Assembly: GCA_965238275.1 (NCBI GenBank)
Contig: OZ250186.1
Location: 1,856,001-1,920,000 of the forward strand
Source: Nitrosopumilus sp.
GTDB taxonomy: Archaea > Thermoproteota > Nitrososphaeria > Nitrososphaerales > Nitrosopumilaceae
Direction of reading: 5' to 3'
DNA length: 64,000 bases
The notes beneath the pieces are model-generated. The model saw nothing but the letters and a program-made list of their open reading frames with translations. It was not told the DNA's origin and made no database searches. Made by a program: the position numbers and the translations under genes. This document shows, in pieces, positions 39,571 through 50,019 of this stretch. Within the stretch, counting starts at the first letter, position 1. Every line of letters starts with the position of its first letter.

Positions 39571-39855
39571 TTGGCAACTGAAAAAAAACCTACAGGAAAG
39601 AAAGTCGCAAAGAGGGATCAGCCCGAAACTAAGGAAACCGCACCTGGGAACGACTCATCCTCAGCTGCAGAATCCATGCCTAAAGAGGATGGGATGGTAA
39701 AATCCACACCGGAACCAAGGCATGCTACGAGGATGCCAGCTGACGATATGGGGATCGTCATAGTTGAGGACGACATACAGATTGATCAGGAGAGGGTAAA
39801 CGAAGAAAGAAGGGCATATCTCGAAGAGGCAAGATCTCAAGAGGTATTTGATTAG
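39571..39855 (+). CDS. Hypothetical charged protein
   Basis: Part of ORF 39493..39855; TTTAAAAATA at 39538 favours TTG 39571. Confidence 0.65.
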   Translation: MATEKKPTGKKVAKRDQPETKETAPGNDSSSAAESMPKEDGMVKSTPEPRHATRMPADDMGIVIVEDDIQIDQERVNEERRAYLEEARSQEVFD

Positions 39856-41124
39856 ACTGGAACTGTTCCATGATCGGGTGGCGTCAGGCAATCACAACCT
39901 GAATGCGTAACGCATAGTAGGGGCCAGAGCAATCCGATCACCGTGGGTCATTAATTCCACAAATTACCATGTCTCATGGGATAATCTACCCGTCATTACT
40001 ACAGTCAGATTGCCGCCGAGATACATTCAGATCACAGGCACACGCCCACGTGCTTATGATGATTGTAGCCGACGGAAAGCAAGGCGTTGCCGAATCAGTC
40101 CATCACGCAAAGGCAAGTTCAGTACCGGATTCCAGGCAAAAGAAGCTCGAGGTTGGATCCCGGTTCATGCCGAACGTGAGCAAAAAGAAGCTGGTGCGGG
40201 CGTGCGCAAAAGAGAAGAACAAGCTGGCCAAGATCAGGCTGCTTGCGTGCATCCTGAGAAAGCAGGGACGCAGCATCCGGAATATATGCAAGGAACTGGT
40301 CATGCCGTATTCCACAGTGCGCGACTGGCTGGTGCGGATGCAGGGACGGGGGTTGAAAGCCCGGTTCAACCGAACGCGCGGGGGCAGGAAAAGCAAGATG
40401 CCCAAATCATTTTCCAGGACGGTTAGGGTGTGGCTTGGCAACAAGCCGAAAAAGTACGGATTCGAGTCAGGCTCCTGGCAGCTCAACTTGATACTGGAGA
40501 TGATCCGGCGGACGTTTGGACTGGATTGCTGCAAGGCGCGCACGTTGCGAAGGATGCTCAAAAAGATCGGGTTCTCTTACAGAAAACCCCGGCCCGTTCC
40601 GCCCAAATCCGCCTCCAAAAGCGAGCAAGAGGAGTTCAAGGCAAGGGCCGGCAGGAAGGCGGGGGATCTGGCCAATGGAGGATATGCCGTGTTCGTAGAA
40701 GACGAGGCTGCAGTCGGCATGTCGCAGGAACCGGGCTACGGGTGGAGGCCCACGGGAGGACGCGACGAGATCCAGACTGGGTTCTCGAAAAAGGCCGTCA
40801 GCCTGCTTGGCATCATGGGCACAGACACCCTCTACGTCCGCATGGCGGATTCTGCAAACTCGGAGACGTTCAAGGAATTCCTCGAGGATGTCCGCAAGAG
40901 CCACCCAAAATTCTACATGGTTCTGGACAACGCGTCGTACCACAAGTCGCACAAGGTCAGAGAATACGTGGCCGGCACGGGCGGTGACGTCGAGCTGGAA
41001 TTTCTCCCGCCCCGCACGCCGCAGCTGAACCAGATCGAAAACGTCTGGAGGGATCTCAAGAGACGGCTGGCAGGCCGGTACTTTGAGTCACCGGAGGAGC
41101 TAAAGGCGGCAATAGCGATAATCC

Positions 41125-43337
41125 GTAAGAGGTCGCCTTTGCGAAGCGATTCCGTGCCTGATCTGTTCCGATTAATTACCAACTGAGCTACGTTTTTGAC
41201 CATAAATACCCGATTAATTGCACGTTATCAACACGGTCCTCAGGCAGGGCGGTTTTCGGATCAAGGCTCTTCCGGTTGGATCTTTTGCGCCGCATTTTCC
41301 GGCAGGCGCTGCGTGCCCAAAAGCTTTATGGATCATGCCTTCCCGTGTTATGGCGTGGTGCCTGTAATCGACTTGGAAAAGATTGACTGGAACTCCGTAA
41401 CCGACACCAAGTCCCTCTTCGAATCTGTCTTGGACATGCTCAAATCCAAGGACGAGGAGAGCATGGCACTGAGAAAAGACATCGAGCAGCTGAAGGAGGA
41501 GGCAGAGGCCTTCTCAGGGGAACATGCGATGCTGACGGAGATGGATGCCAGGATCAAACTGCTGGAAGAAGAGAATGTGCAAAAGGACTCCGAGATAGAA
41601 CAAAAGGACTCCGAGATAGAGAAGCTGAGGGCAGAAAACGCCGCCCTCCTGCAGGGATGCGACGTCTCGCAGGCAGTCATGGACAGGATAGCCCGCCTGG
41701 AACGGCAGGCATCAGAGCATGCCTCTCAGTTAAGGGAGGCGCGCGCGGCCAACTCGGCGCTGGCAGCCGAGAATCTGGGCATCAAAAGCCGCCGCTCCCA
41801 GAAGCGGCTCCGGGAATCACCCGGGCCTGCACCAGACCCGTTCAGGAAGGTCGTCTGCCTGCGCACCGGCCGTGATCCTCCCCCGATATCCGAAAAAAAG
41901 CTAGTCGACATGCCCGCCTGCCCGCACGGCCATGCCCTCTCGAAGGAGCCCACCGAGGTGACCATCCGGGTAGTCGAGGAGATTATCGACGGGAAGCTGA
42001 CCGGCATCCAGTATACCGTCGTCCGCAGGTACTGCAGGGAATGCGGCAGGCAGTTTGCCCCCGAGATCCCAGGGGTCGTCCCCGGTGGACGGTTCGGCGC
42101 CAGCCTGACGTGCCTTGAGACGACGATGAGGATGTACAACATTCCCTACGAACCCATCCGCAAGCTGATCAACATAATCTACCACACGGACCTTGCAAAG
42201 TCGACTGTCATCGGCCACGTGGATGCCGTGACAGGATCCCTCCACCCGCTCTACGAGGAGATGCTCGAGGAGATATTCTTCTCAGAGCATGTCTTCGGGG
42301 ACGAGACCAGCTGGAGGGTAGCCGGTGTGCTGTACTGGCTGTGGATACTAGTCGGTGACAACTCGACTGTCTTTTACGTGGACAAGCGCCGGGGAGGAGA
42401 CGTGCTGGAGACCCTGCTTGGAGGGTACGCAGGCCACGTCACCTCTGATTCACACTCCGCGTGGAACCGCATCGGCAGGACCCACCAAAAGTGCCACTAC
42501 CACTACCTCCGCGAGATCATCCGCACCCTGACCATGAAAAACCCGGGGCCAGAATTCAAAAAGTTTGCCAAGGCCCTAAAGGGGATAATCATCGATTCCT
42601 GGCACGCAGAGAAGGGACTCAACCCGAACGATGATGCGGCCGCGCGAAACCTCAAGGTGCGCAACCTCCTGGCCCGGGTGAGGCGCCTGATGTCTGGCAG
42701 CTACACCGAACCCCACTGCAAGCGGTTTGTCAAGCGGCTGCGGCGCGAGATCACCCACCTGTTCCCATTCATCCGCCTCAACACAAAGTGCCATAACAAC
42801 GATGCCGAGCGCCCCCTGCGGCCCAGCGTCGCATCCCGGAAGGTCTCAGGCGGCAGCAAGAGCCTTGCCGGCGCATACAACCACGCCGTCCTGGCCAGCA
42901 TCCGCGAGACGTGCAGGATGCGCGGCGTCAACCCGCACGACTTTTTGGTCGACTACATGCGAGGCATGGTCGAAAAAATACCGGCAGCAGCAGCAGCGGC
43001 AGCAACGGTATAAATCCTGCAAAATCCATCCATGGCTGCCCTGCATGTCCTGCGCGACCCCCACAGCACCGGTTGCCTGACACATGTCAGGCCGCCGTGC
43101 CGGCCCGCCACCCGATTCGGGCACAACGCACCACACCCGACAGCACCAAAAAAGGCCCACTTCGCAAGTCCGATCACCGGATCGGCCAAAATGCAGCTCA
43201 GCCGAGCCTCATCCCCGCCCGGAAAAAACCCTGAATAATGCCAATTAAATGGGCATTTATGGCCGAAAACGTAGCTCAGTTGGTAATTAATCGGGGCAGA
43301 TCAGGCACGAAATCGCTTCGCAAAGGCGACCTCTTAC
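41125..43337 (+). mobile_element. Single-ORF IS66-family element (type D, copy 1) with ~95-bp TIRs
   Basis: GTAAGAGGTCGCC...GGCGACCTCTTAC; 8-bp TSD GATAATCC at 41117-24 and 43338-45. Confidence 0.95.
41196..43013 (+). CDS. IS66-family transposase
   Basis: Coiled coil, CPHG/CREC, GDETSW, SDSH, HQKCHYH, NNDAERPLR; true start probably ~41357. Confidence 0.93.
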   Translation: MTINTRLIARYQHGPQAGRFSDQGSSGWIFCAAFSGRRCVPKSFMDHAFPCYGVVPVIDLEKIDWNSVTDTKSLFESVLDMLKSKDEESMALRKDIEQLKEEAEAFSGEHAMLTEMDARIKLLEEENVQKDSEIEQKDSEIEKLRAENAALLQGCDVSQAVMDRIARLERQASEHASQLREARAANSALAAENLGIKSRRSQKRLRESPGPAPDPFRKVVCLRTGRDPPPISEKKLVDMPACPHGHALSKEPTEVTIRVVEEIIDGKLTGIQYTVVRRYCRECGRQFAPEIPGVVPGGRFGASLTCLETTMRMYNIPYEPIRKLINIIYHTDLAKSTVIGHVDAVTGSLHPLYEEMLEEIFFSEHVFGDETSWRVAGVLYWLWILVGDNSTVFYVDKRRGGDVLETLLGGYAGHVTSDSHSAWNRIGRTHQKCHYHYLREIIRTLTMKNPGPEFKKFAKALKGIIIDSWHAEKGLNPNDDAAARNLKVRNLLARVRRLMSGSYTEPHCKRFVKRLRREITHLFPFIRLNTKCHNNDAERPLRPSVASRKVSGGSKSLAGAYNHAVLASIRETCRMRGVNPHDFLVDYMRGMVEKIPAAAAAAATV

Positions 43338-44083
43338 GATAATCCTTGAAAAAGAGATGGGCAACCGACTTGTGGGTTATCTGGTAAATTAGCCACATTA
43401 TTGTGAAAATTTATTCTGGCGTGTGGAATAATACGAATCTTTGTTTGCCTGTAGCCTGATTTCTGTGCAAGCCGTGGTTTCAACCACGCCAGGTTTGACG
43501 AGATGCAGGATTGTATGAATAATTTAGCCAAAGGTGAGCGGATTGTTCTGGCCAATACTACGCACCCATTATTTTGCAGCCGTTTGGACAAAAAATTACA
43601 CGTATTTTCAAAGATTGGGTTAGTCTGCGTGCCACACAGACAAGGTTCGATTGATTTCTGTGTAATTTCTTATCCACGTGATCACATTGGCTGCATATGG
43701 CGTGGTACGGACTGACATTAGTCCCTGCACCAAATTTGCCAACAGCCTGTCTGACTCTTCTGAGCAGGACACGCGCACCCCCCCCCCTTCCATGAGGCAG
43801 TTGGCCCGACGCCTTGGGTACGCCCTGGTGCACTTGGTGGCCGTCCCGGCAGTCTCCGCAGACTGGAACGATCCTAATTAGCAGGGTTCGTCTCAGGCAG
43901 GAATTATTTCCAGACATCCGCTCTGGTGGTTCCTTGCGGGGAGGTCACATTCCCATCAAGCATGGAATGCCGGTGCAGGGAGATGTCTGTTCGTCTGAGC
44001 AAGAGCGTGAACGGGTCCAGAGGTTGCCTTTTTTGCCACAACTCCCAGGAAATACTTATCCGTCACAGCAGTATATGACATGT

Positions 44084-44323
44084 ATGCGTGCACTATGTTT
44101 GATAACTGTGCAGCCAGGCAAGGTTGATTCTGCCGTGCTGATACTAAGGAAGAAACGAAAGATAATCAAGCAGATAATGATAGTTACCGGCAGGGCGGAC
44201 ATCAGCGTGCTCATGCAGGGCAACATCAATGAGATCAACAGCATGGTCATTGACTTTAAAAAGATCAAGGACATCGTTACTACCGAGACGCTGATCGAAG
44301 TGGAGGTGAACCTGGGATGGTGA
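44084..44323 (+). CDS. Lrp/AsnC ligand-binding-domain-only protein
   Basis: ALCLITVQPGK, VTGRADI, IVTTETLI. Confidence 0.85.
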   Translation: MRALCLITVQPGKVDSAVLILRKKRKIIKQIMIVTGRADISVLMQGNINEINSMVIDFKKIKDIVTTETLIEVEVNLGW

Positions 44324-44535
44324 GGGCGATAATTTTGGTAAAATCTCCCAAAAAACTCATAGCAGCACGGCTTCGCAAGGTAGCAACAGTCACGGAGTCA
44401 TTTCCCACCAGCGGGCAGTTTGATGCAGTGGCCGTAATCAACGTCGAGAAGCTAGTCGAGATAAAGGACGCGGCCAACCAGATCCAGAACATCAACGGAG
44501 TGTTGCGAACCGAGACGATGGTCGAGGTTCAATGA
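44317..44535 (+). CDS. Lrp/AsnC ligand-binding-domain-only protein
   Basis: RAIILVK, TSGQFDAV, GVLRTETMV. Confidence 0.85.
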   Translation: MVRAIILVKSPKKLIAARLRKVATVTESFPTSGQFDAVAVINVEKLVEIKDAANQIQNINGVLRTETMVEVQ

Positions 44536-44569
44536 AAATGGATTTAAGGAGCTTTGAAATAGAAATCCT

Positions 44570-44980
44570 GTGAATATCAAGAAGATCGGAAGCGTAATGC
44601 TTGCAGTGCAGGACATGGATCGATCTCTGCAGTTTTATCATGATTTTATCGGACTCCCGATTAAAGAGCGTGGGGAATCATGGGTTGGTTTGGGTACGTC
44701 CGGGCCTCTGCTGAGCCTGCATCTTGCATCACAGCCACAGCCTACAAACAAATCCATTGAGGAAGGAATTGCAATTGGCTTTCTTGTAGGCGACGTAAAG
44801 TCTGCAATCGAGGAGCTGACGGCAAAAGGAGTTCGGCTTCACAGGGATGTTGCAGACGGCAGCAACAAAAAGGATGCAATCGTCATGGATCCTGACGGCT
44901 ACCTGATATCCCTCTTTGAGCCAACCTTCGAAAACAAGGCCCAGCAGACAGGCGGATATCACGGGTTTACTCCTGCTTGA
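44570..44980 (+). CDS. VOC family (glyoxalase-like) protein
   Basis: VQDMDRSLQFY..IGL, FLVGDV, DPDGYLISL. Confidence 0.88.
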   Translation: MNIKKIGSVMLAVQDMDRSLQFYHDFIGLPIKERGESWVGLGTSGPLLSLHLASQPQPTNKSIEEGIAIGFLVGDVKSAIEELTAKGVRLHRDVADGSNKKDAIVMDPDGYLISLFEPTFENKAQQTGGYHGFTPA

Positions 44981-44982
44981 TC

Positions 44983-45167
44983 GGCTTCTCAATTAGGGCG
45001 ACAACGCTCCCCAGTTTTTCTAATGTTTGTTTATGGCGATGTAAAGGGCGGCGTCCTTTTGTGGCAGAGCAATAATTATGGCCCCGCCATAACGGGATAC
45101 GGCATGGTTGAGCATTCCGATGCCCCCGGCGGCGTTTCTTCCCAATGCGAAGAGTGTTGAAACTAAA
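44983..45167 (-). pseudogene. Degenerate partial duplicate of the 3' half of the 45226..45627 gene
   Basis: Shares blocks such as ATACGGCATGGTTGAGCATTCCGATGCCCCCGG and TGTTGAAACTAAA with 45243-45427; frameshifted. Confidence 0.8.
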
Positions 45168-45225
45168 TCCCTGAATCAACCTTCAAAGACACCGCCCAGC
45201 AAACAGGGCCGGCATTATGGGGGGC

Positions 45226-45627
45226 CTACGCCCTCTTAATCTGTTTCTTGACTAGGGCTATGGTATTCTCTAGTTCTTTCTCGTGTTTGTTTATGGTGAT
45301 GTAAAAGGTGACGTCCTTTTGCGGTATGGCGACAATTATGACCTTGCTATGATGGAATACGGCATGGTTGAGCATTCCGATGCCCCCGGTGGTGTTTCTT
45401 CTCAATGCAGAGAATGTTGAAACTAAAAAGAACTCGTCTTTTGCACGGTTCGGTTTGAGCAGTGGTTTTAGATCAGGCTTGATGATTCCAGTCAGGGTTC
45501 TGCCGTACATGTTCATGACTCCGACATATCTGATGCTTTTGGAGAGGCTCAGGATGCTCTTGCATTGTTCCCGGTATCTGGTTATAGTCTCAATCCACTC
45601 TTTATTGTCAGAACGGGTCATATTCAA
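45226..45627 (-). CDS. DUF6659-like (roadblock/profilin-like) thaumarchaeal protein
   Basis: ILSLSKSIRYVGVMNMYGRTLTG..KPDLKPLL pattern; ATG start probably 45621. Confidence 0.75.
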   Translation of the reverse strand: MNMTRSDNKEWIETITRYREQCKSILSLSKSIRYVGVMNMYGRTLTGIIKPDLKPLLKPNRAKDEFFLVSTFSALRRNTTGGIGMLNHAVFHHSKVIIVAIPQKDVTFYITINKHEKELENTIALVKKQIKRA

Positions 45628-45670
45628 GAGTCCTATGAGAAATTAATAAGGCTTTTCCAATGCTTAACTC

Positions 45671-47108
45671 TGTGTGGGATCCCGAAAGTAGTTCGCCCCC
45701 CTCCAAGACTTGGAGGTACTTGCATGTTTGATGTTGCCGGTCGTTGCATAATTGTCTTACGTCGGATCCTGCGGCCCGGATCACGAATTTTCTTCATTTC
45801 CACTCCACGCATGAGATCTTTTCAAAAAATTATGCGCAGTATCCCCTGTAGATTGCACGAGGCCTGACCGTGTCGGATCGCTGCTATTCTGCGCGGTACT
45901 CTTGTCCTGTCTGGCCGTCCACTACCGTCTCCCCAGCCGGGGACATCTTTCTTTTAAACGCCTGCGCCGGTGTCTCAAGGTTGTCCCAGTCAAGGGACAT
46001 GTGCGGTCGGTCGTGATTGTACCACTCCATGAAACGCTCCACTGGATCCTTTGATGGTGCGGCGCAAAACGGCCCGCCCACGTGAGAATTCTTTGACGCG
46101 CCGCGTCTGATCTTGGAAGATGATGCTGCTGCCTCGAAGCGGTGCAGCTTGCGTTGCATCTCCCCGTGCAGGCGTTCCAGCTTGCCGTTTGTCTGCGGAT
46201 GCCTCACGCGGGCCAGGATGTGTTTGATGTCAAGCTCAACTAGCCTCTGCTCAAACTTGGAGGCTCCCTTCTTCTTGGCCTCTGACTCGGTGGCATAGAA
46301 CTGGGTGCCGCGGTCCGTCAGGATTGACGCCGGCTTGCCGTGGTTTTTTATGGCCTCGTCAAGCACCTTCAGGGCGTTTTCGGTGGTCGCCTCCTGGAAT
46401 ACCCCAAAGCCAGTCACGAAGCGCGAGGCGTCGTCCTCGTAGCACAAGAACCACCTGCCGTCGTCAAGCTGCTTGTAGTCGGTGTGCCACATCGAGTTGG
46501 AGTGCTCGCGCTCGTAGCGGATCCACTTGCGGCGCTGGCTCTTCTTTGGCTGTGTGTCTGCAAAACCGGCATCCTTCAATATTTTGTGCAGGGTGTTGTG
46601 CGGGATATGTATTCCGGCAAGCGACTTTATGATGCGCTCCAAGGATGCTGCCCCTTGGACCTCGTTTGATGCCGCCGAGAGGACCGCAGAATGATCCCGT
46701 CGTCCGGGCGCGCACTTTTTGGGCCTGCCCATAGGGGCAGGATATGCGATTTTGTCCTCGTCTCTGTACCTCTTCCACAGCTTTTGGACCCAGCGGACCG
46801 ACACCCCCGTGCTTGCAGCAATCTCCTTGTTGCGCGTATTCTTGCGTTTCTCTCGTATGATCCATTCGACCTTGGCCTGATCCAGCTTTTTCATTACTCG
46901 CACTCTCCGTCTTCCTATATGACGCCACACCGCCGAACGTATTCTCTGACGGACCCACACACCACCGTTTCCAGTAATGGTCATGCTGACTGCACTTCCC
47001 ATGGATTTCACGTGGGATGCCACGCCGTGGATGATGTCCTTCATCGGGAATGTCCACCCGGGGCTCGAGTCTCATGTGGGGGGTGAACTACTTTTGGGAC
47101 AATACACA
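45671..47108 (-). mobile_element. IS481-family element
   Basis: TGT...ACA ends; 29-bp imperfect TIR TGTGTnnnnTCCC(A/G)AAAGTAGTTC(A/G)CCCC; 11-bp TSD ATGCTTAACTC at 45660-70 and 47109-19. Confidence 0.92.
45884..46894 (-). CDS. IS481-family transposase (rve integrase core)
   Basis: HTH, WHTDYK, DDASR, LTDRGTQF, HPQTNGKLER, YNHDRPH; start set at MKKLD. Confidence 0.92.
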   Translation of the reverse strand: MKKLDQAKVEWIIREKRKNTRNKEIAASTGVSVRWVQKLWKRYRDEDKIAYPAPMGRPKKCAPGRRDHSAVLSAASNEVQGAASLERIIKSLAGIHIPHNTLHKILKDAGFADTQPKKSQRRKWIRYEREHSNSMWHTDYKQLDDGRWFLCYEDDASRFVTGFGVFQEATTENALKVLDEAIKNHGKPASILTDRGTQFYATESEAKKKGASKFEQRLVELDIKHILARVRHPQTNGKLERLHGEMQRKLHRFEAAASSSKIRRGASKNSHVGGPFCAAPSKDPVERFMEWYNHDRPHMSLDWDNLETPAQAFKRKMSPAGETVVDGQTGQEYRAE

Positions 47109-47114
47109 ATGCTT

Positions 47115-48468
47115 AACTCTGTTTCCTAATTACGCTCGACACAGATACTCGTCTGTGCAATTCTGCCTACGTCGTCGTCTTGCCCCCTTCCCTTGCAGTC
47201 CTTGGGCCGGGCTTGTAGGCTTGCACGATCCTTGGCGTGCCGTACCCGTTGTCGATTGCAGTATCGATCATCTGGTTGTACAGCTGCACCTTTCCGTATA
47301 TCTCGGCCTTGACGTTCTCCCACTTGCGCGCGCTTATGCACTCGCCCAACACCCGCTTGAACGTGGAAAATACAATCTCGACTGACCACCGGTCGTTGTA
47401 CCCTGACTCCCTGCGCCACGCCTTCTGGAATTCCCTCTTTTGTTCGCGCGTGAGGCCTGCAAACTTGCGTTCTGCCGTCTTGTCCATGCAGTCCAGGTCC
47501 CCCAGCTGCCTGAATCCTGCCTCCTTGCGGGGCATGCACCCGTTCGCCTTTCCGGCAAAGTCGATGCGGACGGGAATCAGCGGCTCGATTCCCTGCTCGT
47601 CGCAGTACCTGCGGATCTTCTGGGTGTCGTACGCGCCGTCGGCTGCCGCCTTGGTGCCTGCAGAAGTGTCTGAGTTTGGTGATTTTTTTGCATTTGCAAG
47701 GGCCTGCCCCACCAGTTCCTCAAACTGCGGAGAGTCCCCGCACTTGTCGTCGGTTATGGCCACGGCGTAGATCTTTTTGGTTTTGGCATCCACCCCGACG
47801 TGCAGCTTTATGAAGCCCCGCCTGGTCCCCCACTTTTCTGTCATCCAGTCGCCGCGGTTTGTGGGCTTGAGTCCAGTGGAGTCGAAGGCAAACAGCTTGA
47901 TCTCGGCCCGGGTGCCGCCGTCTGAGAACCACGCAGAAGCCGTGCCGCTACCATCATCATTGTCTGCAACAGTGCAGCCAAGCTTGGTCATCCTCTTCTG
48001 GAACGCCGAGTACGTGGGCGCGTTTTCCTTGCCGACTATCGTCTCTGCCAGACCCTGGAGCTGCCTGTACCTTATGCCGGTGGCGTTTTTGAACAGGGAT
48101 GCTGCTGCAAAGCACGCGTTTGAAAATACGTACGGGCGGCCTACCTTCCCGCAGTTTAGCTTCTCGACTCCCTGAGTCAGGATCTCCGGGCTTATCTGGA
48201 GCGTCCACAACTGGCCGCGGTCTATGTACCTGCGGTCATCGTACTGGAACCGGCGTTCTTTGGATTTGAAAGATTTTTTAGCCTCATGCGTGCCCGTTTT
48301 GTCTGGAGAGGATGTGTTTTCAGTCATGGCTGTTACCTGACTGCCTGCACACCTCTCTGATCAATACGGTTTTCTATTGAAGATGTTTGATATGATGTTC
48401 AAATTCAACTGATCTGGCCTAATTCTGAACCTGTTGGGTGTGACTGGCGATAATTAGGAAACAAAGTT
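47115..48468 (-). mobile_element. IS5-family element (type E)
   Basis: TIR AACT(C/T)TGTTTCCTAATTA; original 9-bp TSD CCAATGCTT at 45657-65 and 48469-77. Confidence 0.92.
47167..48327 (-). CDS. IS5-family transposase
   Basis: GKVGRPY, FDSTG, FIKLH, ADGAYD, YNDRWSVEIVFSTFKR. Confidence 0.93.
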   Translation of the reverse strand: MTENTSSPDKTGTHEAKKSFKSKERRFQYDDRRYIDRGQLWTLQISPEILTQGVEKLNCGKVGRPYVFSNACFAAASLFKNATGIRYRQLQGLAETIVGKENAPTYSAFQKRMTKLGCTVADNDDGSGTASAWFSDGGTRAEIKLFAFDSTGLKPTNRGDWMTEKWGTRRGFIKLHVGVDAKTKKIYAVAITDDKCGDSPQFEELVGQALANAKKSPNSDTSAGTKAAADGAYDTQKIRRYCDEQGIEPLIPVRIDFAGKANGCMPRKEAGFRQLGDLDCMDKTAERKFAGLTREQKREFQKAWRRESGYNDRWSVEIVFSTFKRVLGECISARKWENVKAEIYGKVQLYNQMIDTAIDNGYGTPRIVQAYKPGPRTAREGGKTTT

Positions 48469-48767
48469 CCAATGCTTCGGCGCTGCCAGATTCCAAAAAT
48501 AATATGCCTCTTGGCACCATACGCCATCCTTATTCCTTACCTCCGGCTTGTGGACACGGAACTGAGAACCGGTATGGAGGCGGGCCTGCCATGGATCCTG
48601 ATGGCCGGCCGTACGGCAGGGATGTTTTTTGCGATGATGCATCGTGCGGGCCTTCTTGGCTTTGTCGTCTCGAGATATTTATGCATATTAAATCCCACAA
48701 CATGCACATGGCTGCGTCCGGGCAGCATAATTTCCGGAGAACAGACCCGCACCGGTTGGCAAGGCAA

Positions 48768-49980
48768 GGGTGTGTCCTAGTAATAAAAAATGCCGTCCCA
48801 TGTGCCAAGATGCCAAAGGCATAATTGGTGCCAGAACCCGTCGACGCCAACAGTGTCGCACCGTCAATCCTCCACAACTCATAAAATCCCCCAAATCCAA
48901 GACACGGTGCGGAGGCTCCGCTAGGAAGCGCGTGGTGAAACGCGCCAGCTATGCTGCAAGTGTCGCGATTTGGTCCTGTGTGAGCCTGCCGTCTTTTGCC
49001 TGCAATCTGGCCACGAGCTCGATGTTGTAGCACATGACGCGGATCGCAGTCTCCTTTGCCCGGTTCTTGTGTTTTCGGCACCGGGTGCTGTCCCCGTACA
49101 TCTTCTTGAGGGCGGCAAAGACTGCCTCGATGATGCTGCGCTGGTGGTATTGCGAATCAAACCTGTCCCGATCATCCAGGTACAGGCTTACCATCTCGCG
49201 CCACGACTGGCTTCCCCTGGCGTTGCGTACGGTGTTGGATTTTGGCTTGATGCGGGGCACCATTCCCATCGCAGATATCGTGTTGCACATGAGCCTTGCC
49301 AGGTACGCAGAATCCAGACAAAAGTCGCCGGTGCCCCGGCCTAACCTGCCGAGCATCGCGTACAGCCCGTTTATGTCTGCCACTGCGCTGTCAGTCACCA
49401 TACAGTCGATTATCACCCTTGTGCGGATATCCACGATTGCGTGCAGTTTGACCCATCCCTTTCTGGTACGAAAACTGTCGGTCCTGACGTCAAACCACCT
49501 GACAAACCGCAGGTACGAGTACCCGGTACCGTCTGCTGCCAGGGAGCCTGCTTCCACCTCCCTGATGGCAATCCGGTGTGCCTCTGCCAGGTACCATTCC
49601 GGGATCAGGCCGTAGGCGCGAGCTATCGTGCTCTTGGAGGGAATTTTCTCTAGGCCCATCTTGGCTGCCATGGCGTTATTGCTTCGGAGGATGCCGACCA
49701 TCTTACGGTAGGTCGTGCGCTGTGCCTCAAGCATGATGCAGACAGCTGCCATGGCGCCAGGCGGGTATGCTGTCATGCCGCCCAGGCCTGGCCTGACGGC
49801 GTACGGATCCCCAAGATCCTTGATTATTCCCAGCACGGTATTCAGCATGAGGCCTGACAGGTACTGCTGAACCAAATCGTACTGTCGTTGATCGCGTTTC
49901 TTTGTAGTCATTAGGCGATGCCGTGATCCGCCGATCCACATCTTTTGTCATCCTATGGTATATGTCTCTAGGACACACCT
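48768..49980 (-). mobile_element. IS5-family element (type C, copy 2, diverged)
   Basis: TIR (G/A)GGTGTGTCCTAG; 9-bp TSD GCAAGGCAA at 48759-67 and 49981-89. Confidence 0.94.
48949..49911 (-). CDS. IS5-family transposase
   Basis: Close paralogue of 29640..30602 (ADGTG, WVKLH, LDSAY, YHQRSIIE). Confidence 0.93.
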   Translation of the reverse strand: MTTKKRDQRQYDLVQQYLSGLMLNTVLGIIKDLGDPYAVRPGLGGMTAYPPGAMAAVCIMLEAQRTTYRKMVGILRSNNAMAAKMGLEKIPSKSTIARAYGLIPEWYLAEAHRIAIREVEAGSLAADGTGYSYLRFVRWFDVRTDSFRTRKGWVKLHAIVDIRTRVIIDCMVTDSAVADINGLYAMLGRLGRGTGDFCLDSAYLARLMCNTISAMGMVPRIKPKSNTVRNARGSQSWREMVSLYLDDRDRFDSQYHQRSIIEAVFAALKKMYGDSTRCRKHKNRAKETAIRVMCYNIELVARLQAKDGRLTQDQIATLAA

Positions 49981-50019
49981 GCAAGGCAAGGCACAAATAA
50001 GGCAGACGCCTGAGGAAAA

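Larger units (their letters stand above)
39969..43392 (+). pseudogene. IS630-family transposase interrupted near its C-terminus by IS66
   Basis: VEDEA, LDNASYH, LPPRTPQLNQIENVW; frame resumes after the TSD as ..AII-LEKEMGNRLVGYLVN* (43346-43392); start uncertain. Confidence 0.9.

Noticed and set aside
43271-43337. Possible tRNA gene from GTAGCTCAGTTGGTA
   Set aside because: No D-stem closure, anticodon arm, GTTCRA T-loop or acceptor stem; part of an IS66 TIR.
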